From Somniosus microcephalus (Eukaryota), in assembly GCA_052327205.1 (NCBI GenBank), contig CM126226.1, positions 48,422,001 to 48,486,000 of the forward strand: a stretch of DNA of 64,000 nt, read 5' to 3'. Positions within the stretch are counted from its first letter, which is position 1. Each line of letters opens with the position of its first letter. Below the pieces are notes generated by a model, which was given only the letters and a program-made list of their open reading frames with translations, was not told the origin of the DNA and did no database searches. The position numbers were made by a program, and so were the translations under genes. This document shows, piece after piece, positions 62,778 to 64,000 of this stretch.

Positions 62778-63176
62778 GAAGACGACTTGTATTTATATAG
62801 CGCCTTTCACGACCACTGGACGTCTCAAAGCACTTTACAGCCAATGAAGTACTTTTGAAGTGGAGTCACTGTTGTAATGTGGGAAACGCGGCAGCTAATT
62901 CCCACAAACAGCAATGTGCTATTGACCAGATAATCTGTTGTTTTTTATGTTGGTTGAGGGATAAATATTGGCCAGGACACCGGGGAGAACTCCCTGCTCT
63001 TCTTCAAAATAGCGCCATGGGATCTTTTACGTCCACCTGAGAGAGCAGACGAGGCCTCGGTTTAACATCTCATCCGAAAGCCTAGCTTTGTGCTCAAGTC
63101 CCTGGAGTGGGACTTGAACCCACAACCTTCTGATTCAGAGGCGAGGGTGCTACCAACTGAGCCACAGCTGACACCA
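62778..63176 (-). mobile_element. Deu-domain SINE (SacSINE1-like)
   Basis: gacttgtatttatatagcgcctttcacgacc..gggatcttttacgtccacctgagagagcagacgaggcctcggtttaacatctcatccgaaag..ggagtgggacttgaaccc..ctgagccac. Confidence 0.88.
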
Positions 63177-64000
63177 AGGAGTGCAAAGGCAGCAGGTAGA
63201 ACTCACCCTGCATCCATGCCACTGAGCATTACAGCACTAATGATCAGCTCAACTGCACTCCTCCCTCTTATAAAAGTATTTTTCTCTTCTTCCCTCCCCT
63301 ATGACGCACACAATTACCAGAGAAAAAGGGACCTACTTCCTGGCCTCTTACCAACGCTCAGTAACCAGTTCACGTCAAGCTGCGTTAAGGAGCAATTGCA
63401 CAAGTCAGCGTAGGCAAGACAACTTCCTTTTGATTACAGCAGAGAGTATCAATAAAAATGAGCATCATACAAACTTTACAAAATGTCAAAAATAAAAAAT
63501 CAATATTCAAACTGATTTTTCACAACATTCTACAAATGATTTCAACTACTCAGTTGAAGAAAAATCTACAAGTGAACTGCTTATATGTGGATTGTTTCAA
63601 CTATTCAGCTTTGATAGCAGCCACATCACATGAATGCACAGAACGCATTAAAGTCACTAGTGGTGCCAGCTCCTACACAAGTTCCACACAGACAGCAAAA
63701 CCAACAAGAATACATTTGCCAAATTTGCTACGGCCAACAGCTGAGATGATGCCTTTTTTTTTTAAACTGAGGATTCCTGATTGCCGTTAGTCTTCAGAGC
63801 TTGGTGAAGTGTTTGGGAAAGTGGTTGAGTCAGGTTCAATGCGTGCAGCTTTATTTTGATGTCAGTCGAATTCCTCAACTTCCAGATATCATGAGCAGAG
63901 TGGTGCTCATGTCATGATGCCTTTGTGTACGTGCACTGACAAAGAGTCAAAGTCAGTCGCACATGTGCAAATTACCGGGATTAAGATTGCAGAAGGTCTA

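Overview
Vertebrate nuclear DNA, almost certainly from a cartilaginous fish (shark): it carries HE1-type V-SINE, Deu-domain SINEs, CR1/HER1-type LINEs and Penelope fragments with a GIY-YIG C-terminus. No complete protein-coding gene is present. The window reads as intronic or intergenic sequence, probably inside a large minus-strand gene I cannot name (one credible 164-nt minus-strand exon at 41819-41982). It is densely interrupted by truncated CR1, L2, RTE and Penelope retroelements, several SINE families, three TA-flanked MITEs and one solo LTR. Most ORF-track entries are TE fragments or chance ORFs. The most unusual items are: (i) a ~530-bp insert that splits an L2 copy, starts with the first coding exon of a spermidine/spermine N1-acetyltransferase (SAT2-like) gene and ends in a LINE-type AATAAA+(AATCTG)n tail, suggesting host-exon capture and retrotransposition; (ii) a ~205-bp palindromic Penelope-derived mini-element with a 15-bp TSD and a minimal hammerhead-ribozyme core at its apex; (iii) two independent hairpin-loop micro-inversions; (iv) an old SINE family whose ~11 recognisable copies all lie on the + strand. 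Repeat family names come from recall of consensus features, not from database searches, and TE boundaries without TSDs are approximate.
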